NCBI GenBank assembly: GCA_963790475.1
Contig: CAWBOS010000013.1
Location: 288,001 to 352,000 of the forward strand
Reading direction: 5' to 3'
DNA from: an uncultured delta proteobacterium
Lineage (GTDB): Bacteria > Desulfobacterota > RBG-13-43-22
DNA: 64,000 nucleotides
In this document: piece after piece, positions 10,292 through 20,488 of the stretch
Position numbering within the stretch: the first letter of the stretch is position 1
Layout: each line of letters begins with the position of its first letter
Position numbers and translations under genes: made by a program
Notes under the pieces: generated by a model
Seen by the model: the letters and a program-made list of their open reading frames with translations, nothing else
Told to the model about the DNA's origin: nothing
The model's database searches: none

Positions 10292-11050
10292 TTAGAATTG
10301 GACTCTACGCGTGAGGGCGCCGTCGCAGATCAGGTTCGTACCACTGATGAAGCTGGCGGCCGGACTCGAGAGAAAGACGACCGCGTTGGCGACCTCCTGC
10401 GGCGTCCCCATGCGGCCTGTCGGGTTTCGCGAGAGCGCATTTTTGTATATCTCGACGGCCTGCTGCTGGATCCTCTGCCACACCCCGCCTTCGAAATAGA
10501 CCGTTCCCGGCGAGACGAGATTGGCCCTAATGTTATTCGGTGCAAGCTGTACAGCCAGCCCCTTGATATAGGGAATGAGTGCCGCCTTTACGCCGGAGTA
10601 GGCCTGCGGCCCCTCCACCTGGACGGCCGCAGTGGAGCAGACCACCACAATGGCGCCGGTACCGGATTTCTTAAGAAACGGCAGTCCGGCTTCCACTGCG
10701 TTGACGGTTCCCAGGATGTCCAGTTCGAACCCGCGCTTCCAGGACGCCGGGCCGGCGCCTACGTCCATGGCACTCACGTTGGGAACCAGGATGTCGAGGC
10801 CGCCCAGGGTCTTCTCCGCGCTCTCGATCCAGGACCTCAAGGCTTCCCCCTGAGCCACATCGACCGCCGAACCCGTGGCCTTCGCTCCCCAGGCTTCCAG
10901 TGCGGCCACGGCCTGCTTCACCTCGTCTTCGTGTCGCGCGCAGATCCCTACATCGCATCCTTCACGCGCCAGAGTCTCGGCGATGGCGCGTCCTATCCCC
11001 CGCGTCCCCCCGGTCACGATCGCCTTCTTTCCCTTCAATCCTAAGTCCAT
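10292..11050 (-). CDS. Short-chain dehydrogenase/reductase
   Basis: TGGTRGIG, YSGVK, IRANLVSPG; visibly GC-richer than neighbours. Confidence 0.92.
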   Translation of the reverse strand: MDLGLKGKKAIVTGGTRGIGRAIAETLAREGCDVGICARHEDEVKQAVAALEAWGAKATGSAVDVAQGEALRSWIESAEKTLGGLDILVPNVSAMDVGAGPASWKRGFELDILGTVNAVEAGLPFLKKSGTGAIVVVCSTAAVQVEGPQAYSGVKAALIPYIKGLAVQLAPNNIRANLVSPGTVYFEGGVWQRIQQQAVEIYKNALSRNPTGRMGTPQEVANAVVFLSSPAASFISGTNLICDGALTRRVQF

Positions 11051-11198
11051 CGTCTCTCCTTTCCCCGGCCACCGGGAACCCCATATGTTCAGCGCCTGCC
11101 TTCGAGTGCCCTATCCCCTGCCTCAGGCAAACCACTGATCGGGATTACCAGCCCACTTGATAAGATTTGTTTTTTAGTTAGAAAAATATATAAACAAG

Positions 11199-11831
11199 TC
11201 ATTCATTCACCGGTTTATTGGATAATGCCCGTTCCCTCAGGGACCGTATAACGGTAAGCGGGGTTTCCGTGATAACCATGTTATAGAGCCGTGAAGGGAT
11301 ATTCCCGCCCGGATCAACAAACCCTTCCAGCAAGACATGAACATACCCGTTTTCCATAGGTTGAACACTCCATTTTTGCCAGTATTTCCTGACCCGCACC
11401 AGATCCGGTGCTTCCGGGATAACATTAAGGAGAGGTTTTGCAAGATAGGTTCGTTCTCCGGTTACAGGATCCTCTGTAATGGTCGATTCCACCACCAGGT
11501 CGCGGTCGGAAAACGGCCAGGGTACATTGTAAATGAGGTAATACTGGATAAACTTATTTTCCTGGTGGGCGAGTACTTTTATTCCCCGGATGTCCTTTCC
11601 CCACCAGTCAAAGTTCTTTCCGTTTCCAAGCAACAAACATAATTTTTCCACTTTGGCCTGGAAAGTGGTTTCCCCTTTGAAGGATTTCAACGAACTGTTC
11701 ATTTCCTTCCTGGTAAATATTTTTATCCCGTCTTTTTCCTTAATGAAAACCCAGGGCTGACCGTAAAGATCTTTGGCCATGATAATAAATAAAAATGATA
11801 AGGTCAGGGGGATCCAAAAGTAATGCTTCAT
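11199..11831 (-). CDS. START-domain lipid-binding protein with signal peptide
   Basis: W....EKDGIKIF, PWPFSDRDLV, DPGGNIPS.L.N. Confidence 0.8.
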   Translation of the reverse strand: MKHYFWIPLTLSFLFIIMAKDLYGQPWVFIKEKDGIKIFTRKEMNSSLKSFKGETTFQAKVEKLCLLLGNGKNFDWWGKDIRGIKVLAHQENKFIQYYLIYNVPWPFSDRDLVVESTITEDPVTGERTYLAKPLLNVIPEAPDLVRVRKYWQKWSVQPMENGYVHVLLEGFVDPGGNIPSRLYNMVITETPLTVIRSLRERALSNKPVNE

Positions 11832-12150
11832 CAGGAACACCAATTATTATGCAAAGTAAATTTAACCAAGTCAAGTTAACTACAAGAAACTATTTCCGAG
11901 TTGTTGGGGCCGTCCTGACGATAAAAAAGCTGAACAAAGGCAAAAAGAATCAGCAGAATAAAATCGTTATAGAAAAGCTTGAAGAATAATCCGAACTGAA
12001 ACGCCAGGGATTTATCTCCTCTGTCCCTTATTCAGTTTATGAAAAGACGTTTCTTTTGAATGGTAGAGTATAAAATACGATGGAAGATCGGTCAATTATA
12101 AAAAATAAGAAAAGACGGGGGTCTCAAGGATTTTCAAAGGCTTGAACCGC

Positions 12151-12609
12151 TTATTCTTTCCCCCGCTCCTGGCGGTCGGCTTCCCGTTTCATATCCTTCT
12201 TTTTTATGGCTTCTCTCTTGTCATACAATTTCTTCCCTTTGACCAAAGCCAGCTCGACCTTGGCCTTACCGCCCTGGAAGTAAAGTTTGAGCGGGACTAC
12301 GGTCAAACCTTTTTCCTGAATCTTCCCGATCATCCGCCTGATTTCCTGTTTATGCAGGAGGAGCTTTCGGGTTCGGGTCGCGTCCTGCTCATTCAAGGGG
12401 GAATTTTCATAGGGGCTGATGTGGACCTCATGCAAAAACACTTCCCCACCCTTGGGTTTGGCATAACTGTCTTTCAGGTTGGCCCTTCCCAGGCGGAGTG
12501 ATTTAACCTCCGGTCCGGTCAATACCAAACCGGCTTCAACGGTTTCCTGAATCTGGTAATCATGATGGGCCTTGCGGTTTTGGCAGATTATTTTTATATG
12601 TTCAGCCAT
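12151..12609 (-). CDS. smpB: SsrA-binding protein
   Basis: NRKAHHDY, EAGLVLTGPEVKSLR, RKLLLHKQEI, GKKLYDKRE. Confidence 0.97.
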   Translation of the reverse strand: MAEHIKIICQNRKAHHDYQIQETVEAGLVLTGPEVKSLRLGRANLKDSYAKPKGGEVFLHEVHISPYENSPLNEQDATRTRKLLLHKQEIRRMIGKIQEKGLTVVPLKLYFQGGKAKVELALVKGKKLYDKREAIKKKDMKREADRQERGKE

Positions 12610-12624
12610 CTCTTTTCAAAAATA

Positions 12625-12712
12625 GGGTTCAAGGAGTCGAGGATTCAAGGGTTCAAGGGTTCGACCTTTTTAGTTTATACTTGAATCCTTGACTCCTGGA
12701 CCCCTCGAATCC
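12625..12712. repeat. Intergenic hairpin of 8-mer tandem repeats
   Basis: GGGTTCAA GGAGTCGA GGATTCAA GGGTTCAA GGGTTCGA - 16 nt spacer - TTGAATCC TTGACTCC TGGACCCC TCGAATCC. Confidence 0.85.
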
Positions 12713-12720
12713 TTTCTTTT

Positions 12721-14502
12721 TCAATAAAGCATCGTTCCGTTGATCCCGAAACTATCGGAGAACAATTGAAACATCTCCTGTTTGACATAGGCATTAATCT
12801 CTTCGGTTGTATTCAAGGCAAAAACTTTGTGCAAGAACTTCTTCGATTTTTTGTGAGAGGCCATGCGGATGATCCGTTTGACCCGGGGGAGGGACATGGG
12901 ATTCATACTCAGTTCATCCAGCCCCAGCCCGAGCAAGATCGGGATGTAAAGAGGTTCTCCGGCCATTTCCCCGCACATGGCCACCGGGATCCCGGCCCGA
13001 TGCCCGGCCTCAACGGTTTGCTGGAGCAGGCGCAGGATGGCCGGGTGCAAAGGCTGATACATATGGGCTACCTGTTCATTGACCCGGTCGATGGCCAGCG
13101 TATATTGAATCAAGTCATTGGTCCCGATGCTGAAAAAATCGACCTCCCTGGCCAGCAAATCGGCTATGGCCACGGCCGAAGGGATCTCGATCATGATCCC
13201 AATGGGAATTTTTGGGTCAAAAGGAATTTTTTCGGCGGTAAGGTCATCCTTGACCTCTTTAAGAATGGCCTTGGCCTTGAAAACCTCGTCGATGTCGGAG
13301 ATCATAGGGAAGAGTATCTTTAAGCTCCCATAGGGACTGGCCCGTAAGATGGCCCGTAGCTGTCGTTTAAAAATATCCACCTCTTTCAGGGAAAAGCGGA
13401 TGGCCCTCAAACCCAGGGCCGGATTCATCTCCTCGGCCAGGTCCATGTGGGAAGCGAACTTATCCCCGCCGATGTCCAGGGTTCGGATGGTCACCGGATT
13501 GGGGGCGATGAGCCGGCCTACATTCCTGAAGCTTTCAAAAAGGGTTTCCTCACTGGGCAATTCTTTCTGGCTCAAATATAAAAATTCAGTCCGGAAAAGA
13601 CCGATGCCCTCCGCCCCGTTGGCCAATACGGTGGGAATCTCTTCCAGAAACTCAATATTGGCCAGGGCCTTGATCCGGAACCCATCCAGGGTTTCTGCCG
13701 GCAGATAGCTGTATTTGGCGATCTCGTTCCGGTAGGCGGCCAGTTTTTCCTTTTTTTGTTGATAAGAATATATCGTTTCCGGATCGGGGTTCAGGATCAC
13801 CTGGCCATCGCTGCCATCCACGATAATCCAATCCCCACTGCTAATCGCCTGGGTGATTCGTTCCAGGCCAACTACGGCCGGAATTTCCAGGGACTGGGCA
13901 ATAATGGCGGTATGGGAGGTCTTTCCGCCCATGTCGGTGACAAAACCCAGAACGTTGTCCAGTCGCATCTGGGTGGTATCGGCAGGAGAAAGATCATGGG
14001 CCACAATAATGACTTGCCCTTGGATGTCGGCTAGATTCTCCACCTTCTTTCCCGTCAGATTTCGGAGGATCCTTTCTGAAACATAGACCACATCGTTAAT
14101 CCGAGCACGAAAATACTCATCCTTAATTTTGGCAAAAACTTCCTGGGAGTGTTCGACGGCCTTTCGAAGGGCCCATTCGGCATTGATCTGTTCGTCCCGG
14201 ATGAGCTCCAGGGTTTGGTCATAGATCATCCGGTCCTTTAGAATCAAGCGGTGAGAATCAATAATACCGGCATGATCTTTAATCTCTTCAGGGATTTCTT
14301 CGATGATCTGATGGAGTTGGAGATCGGCTTTGTCTACCGCCTCTTTAAATCGTTCCATCTCCGGTTCGATCTGGCTGGGATCGAGAAGGTATTGGTAAAC
14401 AACCTTGACCCGGCTGCGATCCACCAGATAGGCTTGGCCTATAGCTACCCCGCCGGAGGCCACGACCCCCTTCATAAGGACATTCATGGGTCCTTTTTCC
14501 AT
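12721..14502 (-). CDS. ptsI: PEP-protein phosphotransferase (PTS enzyme I)
   Basis: GGKTSHTAII (phospho-His), GIGLFRTEFL, RTLDIGGDK, FSIGTNDLIQY, MCGEMAG; start uncertain (14532/14502). Confidence 0.96.
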   Translation of the reverse strand: MEKGPMNVLMKGVVASGGVAIGQAYLVDRSRVKVVYQYLLDPSQIEPEMERFKEAVDKADLQLHQIIEEIPEEIKDHAGIIDSHRLILKDRMIYDQTLELIRDEQINAEWALRKAVEHSQEVFAKIKDEYFRARINDVVYVSERILRNLTGKKVENLADIQGQVIIVAHDLSPADTTQMRLDNVLGFVTDMGGKTSHTAIIAQSLEIPAVVGLERITQAISSGDWIIVDGSDGQVILNPDPETIYSYQQKKEKLAAYRNEIAKYSYLPAETLDGFRIKALANIEFLEEIPTVLANGAEGIGLFRTEFLYLSQKELPSEETLFESFRNVGRLIAPNPVTIRTLDIGGDKFASHMDLAEEMNPALGLRAIRFSLKEVDIFKRQLRAILRASPYGSLKILFPMISDIDEVFKAKAILKEVKDDLTAEKIPFDPKIPIGIMIEIPSAVAIADLLAREVDFFSIGTNDLIQYTLAIDRVNEQVAHMYQPLHPAILRLLQQTVEAGHRAGIPVAMCGEMAGEPLYIPILLGLGLDELSMNPMSLPRVKRIIRMASHKKSKKFLHKVFALNTTEEINAYVKQEMFQLFSDSFGINGTMLY

Positions 14503-14509
14503 AAAAGGA

Positions 14510-14773
14510 TTATTCTTCTCCAAACTTGTCATCGATCAGCCTTTCCACGGCTTCCAGGAGTTCATCGGCATCGGGGCCGTCGGCCCGCAGTAAGATTTTT
14601 GAACCAACGGGACAGGCCAGGGTCAGAATACTTAAGATACTTTTCCCGTCCACTTCCTGCCCATCAAACCGGATGGAAAAGTCTGAGGTATAACTATTGC
14701 TTAGTTGAACCATTTGAGCGGCCGCCCGGGCATGAAGACCTAATTTATTTTTTATGACTGACTGTCGTTCCAT
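14510..14773 (-). CDS. ptsH: HPr phosphocarrier
   Basis: GLHARAA, VDGKSIL. Confidence 0.95.
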   Translation of the reverse strand: MERQSVIKNKLGLHARAAAQMVQLSNSYTSDFSIRFDGQEVDGKSILSILTLACPVGSKILLRADGPDADELLEAVERLIDDKFGEE

Positions 14774-14862
14774 TACCGTTTGGATTTCGGACTGCGGATT
14801 TGTTCCCTAAAACTTAAAACCTTGTCGACCAACATCGTCTTGCCAAAACCGAACTACGACCA

Positions 14863-15552
14863 TTATTTTTCTTCCGGTGACAGTAAAAGCGTATATTCCC
14901 CTTTGGGTTCCCGGTCCGACAATTGCCGGATCAGTTCACTGACCGGTCCGGAAATGATTTCTTCATAAACTTTGGTCAGTTCCCGGGTCAAGGTAACCTC
15001 CCTCTCTCCCAAAACGGTCCGGATCTCCTCCAAAAGGTCTCCTATCCGGTGGGGCGACTCATAGAAAATGACGGTCCTTTTTTGTTCCTTCATTTCTTGA
15101 AGGATTTTTTTTCGGCGGCTTTTACGTCGGGGCAAAAATCCCAGAAAGACAAAAGAATCCCCCGGCAATCCCGAAGCACTCAAGGCACAAATCAGGGCCG
15201 ATGGCCCAGGGATGGGAACCACCATCATCCGGGCCTGGCGTGTTTCCCGGACCAGTTCCCGTCCGGGATCGCTGATACCCGGCGTCCCGCCGTCGGTCAC
15301 CAGACTGATCTGCAGTCCTTGTTTCAATCGTTCAATCAGATCCGGTATTTTCCTAAATTTGTTATTTTCATTAAAGCTTATCAAGGGACAATGAAGATCA
15401 TAAGCAGAAAGAAGTTTCTGCGTCCTTCGCGTATCCTCAGCCGCTATCAGGTCAGAACCTTTCAGCACCTCCAGTGCCCTTAGGGTAATGTCCTTTAAAT
15501 TGCCCAGCGGCGTGGCCACCACATAAAGGGTGCCCTTTTCTTTTATTTCCAT
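14863..15552 (-). CDS. rsmI: 16S rRNA C1402 2'-O-methyltransferase
   Basis: LYVVATPLGNL.DIT.RA, AEDTR, DGGTPGISDPG, FYESPHR, RELTK. Confidence 0.95.
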   Translation of the reverse strand: MEIKEKGTLYVVATPLGNLKDITLRALEVLKGSDLIAAEDTRRTQKLLSAYDLHCPLISFNENNKFRKIPDLIERLKQGLQISLVTDGGTPGISDPGRELVRETRQARMMVVPIPGPSALICALSASGLPGDSFVFLGFLPRRKSRRKKILQEMKEQKRTVIFYESPHRIGDLLEEIRTVLGEREVTLTRELTKVYEEIISGPVSELIRQLSDREPKGEYTLLLSPEEK

Positions 15553-15664
15553 TCCTGATGAAGCCTAAGAATGCGGGATTAAATTCAAAATAATGGAAAG
15601 ACCAGAACTCAAAAAATATTTTCCTATTTCAACCCTTCGACGGGCAGGAGCCTTCGGCCTGCCT

Positions 15665-16051
15665 TTAATACGCCAGATCAAAGGCGTTTCGGAACAGTTC
15701 TATTTTTCCCTGCTCCTGATCCAGATCAATGGCCACCACATCAAAACGGGCCGGTTGTTCCAGAAGAGAATGACTTTTTAAATAATCCAGGGCCAACATG
15801 GACAACTTCCGTTGTTTCCTGGGGCCTACCGCCCATTTGGCCGTTCCAAAATCAGAAGTCAGACGGGTCTTGACCTCCACAAAGATCACGGTCTTTCCTT
15901 CCCGGGCAATAATATCAATTTCCCCAAGAGGCGACTTAAAATTCCTTTCCAGGATTTTATACCCTTTTTTCTTGAGGAGTTCAAAAGCCAGAGCCTCTCC
16001 TGTTCGGCCCACCCGGCTTCGAGGGTCCTTAGCTAGCTTTGGGAGTCTCAC
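15665..16051 (-). CDS. yraN: YraN family endonuclease-like protein
   Basis: GEIDIIA..G..IFVEVKTR, RFDVV. Confidence 0.92.
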   Translation of the reverse strand: MRLPKLAKDPRSRVGRTGEALAFELLKKKGYKILERNFKSPLGEIDIIAREGKTVIFVEVKTRLTSDFGTAKWAVGPRKQRKLSMLALDYLKSHSLLEQPARFDVVAIDLDQEQGKIELFRNAFDLAY

Positions 16052-16667
16052 CGGAAAACGTTCCTCTAAAACTTAAGCGATGGAGTGGACAAGGCCCGTA
16101 TTTCTTCAAGGCGACCAAATGTTCATGAGTCCCATATCCCTTATTATTGAAAAAATTATATTGCGGGAAATGGTGATGCCAAGATTCCATCAGCTTGTCT
16201 CGAACCACCTTGGCTATGATAGAGGCGGCCCCAATAGCGTGACTCAGGCGGTCACCCTGGATCAAACATTTCTGAAAAAAAGGTTGGTTCAAGGGACGAT
16301 TTCCATCGACAAGGATCAAATCGGGTTTCACCTTGAGATGAAAAACCGCCCTTTCCATGGCCGCCAATGAGGCTTGGAGGATATTCAGTCGATCAATTTC
16401 CCGGGGCCCAAGGAGCCCCAGACCTACAGTCATCGACTTCTGCTTGATCAAGAGGAAGAGTGATTCCCGTTGCTTGGGGGTTAATTGTTTGGAGTCGGCC
16501 ACACCGGGAACAAAGACCCCAGGTGGAAAAATAACCGCCGCCGCCAGCACCGGCCCGGCCAGAGGACCCCGCCCGACCTCATCCACCCCGGCGATCAGGA
16601 TGGTGCCCGCTTTATCAATTTTACGTTCGTAATAATAAAAGGACTTCGTTGCCGTGCTCACAACCAC
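16029..16667 (-). CDS. rnhB: Ribonuclease HII
   Basis: AGVDEVGRGPLAGPV, DSKQL, AASIIAKV.RD, NKGYGT..H. Confidence 0.96.
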   Translation of the reverse strand: MVVSTATKSFYYYERKIDKAGTILIAGVDEVGRGPLAGPVLAAAVIFPPGVFVPGVADSKQLTPKQRESLFLLIKQKSMTVGLGLLGPREIDRLNILQASLAAMERAVFHLKVKPDLILVDGNRPLNQPFFQKCLIQGDRLSHAIGAASIIAKVVRDKLMESWHHHFPQYNFFNNKGYGTHEHLVALKKYGPCPLHRLSFRGTFSGETPKAS

Positions 16668-16697
16668 CTGATCATTAGGCTAAGGGAGGTAAAAAAT

Positions 16698-16777
16698 CCG
16701 GTTCGGAGTTAAGAGTTTCGAGTTCGGAGCAAAACCAAAACTACTCCAGACTCTGAACTCCGAACTCTTAACTCCGG
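16698..16777. repeat. Hairpin of 7-mer tandem repeats overlapping rplS stop
   Basis: GTTCGGA GTTAAGA GTTTCGA GTTCGGA ... ACTCCAG ACTCTGA ACTCCGA ACTCTTA ACTCCGG. Confidence 0.8.
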
Positions 16778-17139
16778 GAAGCCGCCCCATTAGGGGTTAC
16801 CCTTCGTTCTTTGATCCGGGCTGCCTTGCCTTTAAGTTCCCTTAGGTAATACAATCGCGAACGGCGCACTTTCCCCCGGCTGACAATATCAATCCGATCA
16901 ATGGCCGGCGCGTGGAGGGGGAAAATACGCTCCACACCTACGCCATAGGAAACCTTGCGCACCGTAAAAGTGGCCCCGGTATTTCCTTTTCTTTTTCGAA
17001 TAACTACCCCTTCAAAAACCTGGATCCGTTCCTTTTCCCCTTCTTTTATTTTGACATGGACCCGAATCTGATCTCCGGTTTTAAAGTCGGGAAGATCCAC
17101 CCGCATCTGTTCTTTTTCCAACATGGTTAAGGCATCCAT
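16768..17139 (-). CDS. rplS: 50S ribosomal protein L19
   Basis: [41 protein letters not shown]. Confidence 0.98.
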   Translation of the reverse strand: MDALTMLEKEQMRVDLPDFKTGDQIRVHVKIKEGEKERIQVFEGVVIRKRKGNTGATFTVRKVSYGVGVERIFPLHAPAIDRIDIVSRGKVRRSRLYYLRELKGKAARIKERRVTPNGAASRS

Positions 17140-17205
17140 TCTATTTGCTCCTTTTCTAATTCTTTACAACATGCGCCTCTTGCAACTGTTTCCAATCCTT
17201 GGCAG

Positions 17206-17940
17206 CTAATCCTTTTCTTTTAACTTCCGTATTATCTTCCGTTCTTCCGGACTCAAACAATCTTCTTCTATCAGATTGGGACGCCGTTTTAGGGTTTTGT
17301 TCAAAGATTGACGACGCCTCCAGGCTCGAATCTTTTCATGGTCCCCGGAGAATAGAATTTCGGGAACACCATGCCCTTTAAAATTTCGGGGTCTGGTAAA
17401 CTGGGGGTATTCCAATAACCCCTCTTCAAAAGATTCTTCCTTACCCGAATCGGAACAACCCATGACCTCGGGAATCAACCGGATCAAGGCGTCTAATAGA
17501 ACCAGGGCCGCCGGTTCCCCGCCGCTCAGGACATAGTCCCCGATCGATATCTGTTCATCACAGAAAAAATCGGCAATCCGTTCGTCAACCCCCTCGTACC
17601 TCCCGCAGATCAGGATGATTCGCGGACAGAGAACCAGTTCTTTCACCCGTGATTGTTTCAGGGGAGTCCCCTGAGGGGTTAAAAGGATTACCCAAGGCTG
17701 AGGTCCTGGCAAGCCTTTCAGCCAGGTTAAGGCCCGGAAGATGGGCTCGGGTTTCAACACCATCCCCGCCCCACCGCCGAAAGGCCGGTCATCCACCGTG
17801 CGATGTCGATCCCCGGCAAAGTCCCTCAGATTGAATATCCGGATCCGGACCCGCCCCTTCTCGACCCCCCGGTGAAGGATTCCTTCTCTTAAAGGAGAAA
17901 AAAAATGACCGGGGAAGAGGGTCAGAATATCAACTATCAT
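17206..17940 (-). CDS. trmD: tRNA (guanine37-N1)-methyltransferase
   Basis: DILTLFP, VDDRPFGGGAGMV, CGRYEGVDER, SIGDYVLSGGE, LLEYPQFTRP. Confidence 0.97.
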   Translation of the reverse strand: MIVDILTLFPGHFFSPLREGILHRGVEKGRVRIRIFNLRDFAGDRHRTVDDRPFGGGAGMVLKPEPIFRALTWLKGLPGPQPWVILLTPQGTPLKQSRVKELVLCPRIILICGRYEGVDERIADFFCDEQISIGDYVLSGGEPAALVLLDALIRLIPEVMGCSDSGKEESFEEGLLEYPQFTRPRNFKGHGVPEILFSGDHEKIRAWRRRQSLNKTLKRRPNLIEEDCLSPEERKIIRKLKEKD

Positions 17941-18466
17941 TTCCCGTATCATTACCCCAAGTGGGATCATACAAATTCCGGACCCGGATTTGTCTTTGGG
18001 GCAGGTCAACCGAAATCACGAAGTCCTCGACGGCCGGAAGCATTAATTCCTTTTTGTCGTCCCGAATGACCCAGATGTCATGAGCCGGGGTTGAAAATAT
18101 CTCCTCCAGGAGACCTAAAAATCGGCCCTGATCGGTATAAACTCGGCTTCCTATCAGTTGGTACCAGTAATATTCTCCCTCTGGAAGGGCTTGGAGATCC
18201 TTCTCGTCAATGTATAAAGAATAGCCACTTATTGCCTCAGCCTGCTCACGAGTATCCAGCCCTTGAAAATGAAGGAGCAATGAACGGGCCTGAATTTTCA
18301 CTTCCGAGATCAACAGGGCTTTCATTTCTTGGTCTTGATTCAAATAGATTTTACGCCCGACAAAGAAACTCTCATAAGAAGAGGCGTAAGAATAAACCTT
18401 CACCTGGCCGCGCAGCCCATGAGGTTTGGCCACCTTGCCGATCAACAGAAAGTCCGATTTCATCAA
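17930..18466 (-). CDS. rimM: Ribosome maturation factor RimM
   Basis: IGKVAKPHGLRG.VKV, LPEGEYYWYQLIG; operon position. Confidence 0.95.
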   Translation of the reverse strand: MMKSDFLLIGKVAKPHGLRGQVKVYSYASSYESFFVGRKIYLNQDQEMKALLISEVKIQARSLLLHFQGLDTREQAEAISGYSLYIDEKDLQALPEGEYYWYQLIGSRVYTDQGRFLGLLEEIFSTPAHDIWVIRDDKKELMLPAVEDFVISVDLPQRQIRVRNLYDPTWGNDTGNDS

Positions 18467-18481
18467 CTCAGGATGGTTTAT

Positions 18482-18712
18482 TTATTCCAGGATTTCCAGA
18501 ACCGATCTTTTCCTGATCTTGGTGGAAGCAGCACTCAAGATAGTTCTCATAGCTCTGGCGGTTCGGCCCTGTTTGCCTATGACCTTGCCCAGATCCTCCT
18601 TGGCAACTTTTAATTCGATTACCGAAGTTTGCTCGCCTTCTATTTCATTCACTTCCACCTGATCCGGATGATCCACCAACGCCTTAGCAATGTACTTTAC
18701 CAAGTCCTTCAT
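18482..18712 (-). CDS. khpA: KH-domain RNA-binding protein
   Basis: [18 protein letters not shown]; between rpsP and rimM. Confidence 0.93.
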   Translation of the reverse strand: MKDLVKYIAKALVDHPDQVEVNEIEGEQTSVIELKVAKEDLGKVIGKQGRTARAMRTILSAASTKIRKRSVLEILE

Positions 18713-18859
18713 GCCGCTACCTCCTCCTTTTGAGTTGCCGGTTTCCCATTATAGACTGATTCCGCTTAGGTACTCTGGTTATCAGTCAACCAGTGGATCT
18801 ATGCCAGTGAATCGGTTATTATCACAGGAGAGGGTGAGGTGTTTCGCCTCTACAACTTC

Positions 18860-19108
18860 TTATCCCTTAAGTACGCCGCTGCTGCGAATCAAATTTTTAA
18901 CGGTCGTGGTCGGTTCGGCCCCCACTGAAAGCCATTTTTTCAACACGTCCGGTTTCCAGGAAACCGCCGCCGGTTCCTTATTGGGGTCGTAGGTTCCGAC
19001 GATCTCAATAAAGCGGCCGTCTCTCGGGGACTGGGAATCAGCCACCACCATCCGATAATAAGGCTTTTTCTTGGCCCCCATTCGGGCCAATCTAATCTTT
19101 GCTGCCAT
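18860..19108 (-). CDS. rpsP: 30S ribosomal protein S16
   Basis: [29 protein letters not shown]. Confidence 0.98.
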   Translation of the reverse strand: MAAKIRLARMGAKKKPYYRMVVADSQSPRDGRFIEIVGTYDPNKEPAAVSWKPDVLKKWLSVGAEPTTTVKNLIRSSGVLKG

Positions 19109-19156
19109 AATAGTTATGCTCCTTTTTCCCTTCCCTTATAGTGTAACTAAAAACCA

Positions 19157-20488
19157 TTAAAAAGGCAAGTATCCTCTTTGGGCGGCTTTTCGGCCCCCCT
19201 TGCTGAATTGCTTGAGCATCTTCTGCATCTGCTCAAAATTTTTAAGCATTTTATTGACTTCCTGAACCGTGGTCCCGCTCCCCTTGGCGATACGCCGGCG
19301 CCGGCTTCCGTTGATGATCTGATAGCTTCTTCGTTCTTCAAGGGTCATGGAATTGATAATGGCTTCCGTCCGAACCAATTCCTTTTCATCGGGCTTCATA
19401 TCTTTTAAGCCCTTGACCCGGTTTATGCCCGGGATCATCTGAATCATCTGTTCCAAAGAACCCATTTTTTTAATCTGCTTAAGCTGATCTTTAAAATCGT
19501 CCAGGGTGAAGGTTTCCTTGCGAATCTTCTTCTCTAAGGCCAGGGCCTGCTTTTCGTCAAAATGGATTTGGGCCTTTTCGATCAGGGAAAGGACGTCCCC
19601 CATTCCCAGGATGCGGGAGGCCATCCGGTCGGGATGAAAAGGTTCCAGGGCATCCAATTTTTCTCCAACGCCGATGAATTTTATCGGTTTTTGGATGACC
19701 GATTTGATGGACAAAGCGGCCCCTCCCCGGGCATCCCCCTCCATCTTAGTCAGGATGATCCCGGTTAATCCCAGCCATTCATTGAATTTCTGGGCGACGT
19801 TGACGGCGTCCTGGCCAGTCATGGCATCTGCGACCAGAAGGATTTCATTAGGCCGGACCTGTTCCTTGATTTTTTTAAGTTCCTCCATCAAGGTTTGGTC
19901 AATGTGTAAACGGCCGGCGGTATCCAGGAGCAGGGGATTTAACCCATTTTGCTTCCCCCATTCCATGGCCGAAAGACAGATATCCACCGGATTATTCCGG
20001 GGATCTGAGGGATAGACTTCAACCCCGGCTTGTTCACCCACCTTATGCAGTTGGGCAATGGCCGCCGGCCGATAGACATCCGCCGGAACCAGCCCTGGTC
20101 GAAAATTTTTTTCTTTCAAATATAAGGCCAGTTTTCCGGCCGTGGTCGTTTTTCCGGAACCTTGAAGGCCGGACAGCATTATGGCCACCGGGGCACGTCC
20201 GGCCAAGTTAAGATCCTGCCTGGCCCCGCCCATGAGCTCGGTCAGCTCTTCTTGCACAATCTTAATCACCTGCTGAGCCGGGGTGAGACTGGCCAGGACC
20301 TCTTGTCCCAAAGACCTTTCCTTGACCCGGTCAACAAACTCCTTGGCCACTCTGTAATGGACATCGGCTTCGAGCAAGGCCAGACGGACCTCCCGAAGCC
20401 CTTCCTTCATATTGGCTTCGCTTAATTTGCCCTGGCCTTTCAATTTTTTAAAAGTCAGGTTTAAACGCTCAGTTAAGGACTCAAACAT
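19157..20488 (-). CDS. ffh: Signal recognition particle protein
   Basis: GLQGSGKTTT, DTAGR, DARGGAALS, M-domain SRRRRIAKGSG. Confidence 0.98.
   Translation of the reverse strand: MFESLTERLNLTFKKLKGQGKLSEANMKEGLREVRLALLEADVHYRVAKEFVDRVKERSLGQEVLASLTPAQQVIKIVQEELTELMGGARQDLNLAGRAPVAIMLSGLQGSGKTTTAGKLALYLKEKNFRPGLVPADVYRPAAIAQLHKVGEQAGVEVYPSDPRNNPVDICLSAMEWGKQNGLNPLLLDTAGRLHIDQTLMEELKKIKEQVRPNEILLVADAMTGQDAVNVAQKFNEWLGLTGIILTKMEGDARGGAALSIKSVIQKPIKFIGVGEKLDALEPFHPDRMASRILGMGDVLSLIEKAQIHFDEKQALALEKKIRKETFTLDDFKDQLKQIKKMGSLEQMIQMIPGINRVKGLKDMKPDEKELVRTEAIINSMTLEERRSYQIINGSRRRRIAKGSGTTVQEVNKMLKNFEQMQKMLKQFSKGGRKAAQRGYLPF

Noticed and set aside
10298-11044. 248-aa ORF antisense to the SDR
   Set aside because: Typical shadow ORF of a GC-rich gene; no motifs.
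11850-12150. tmRNA expected near smpB
   Set aside because: No tRNA-like ends or tag frame recognised.
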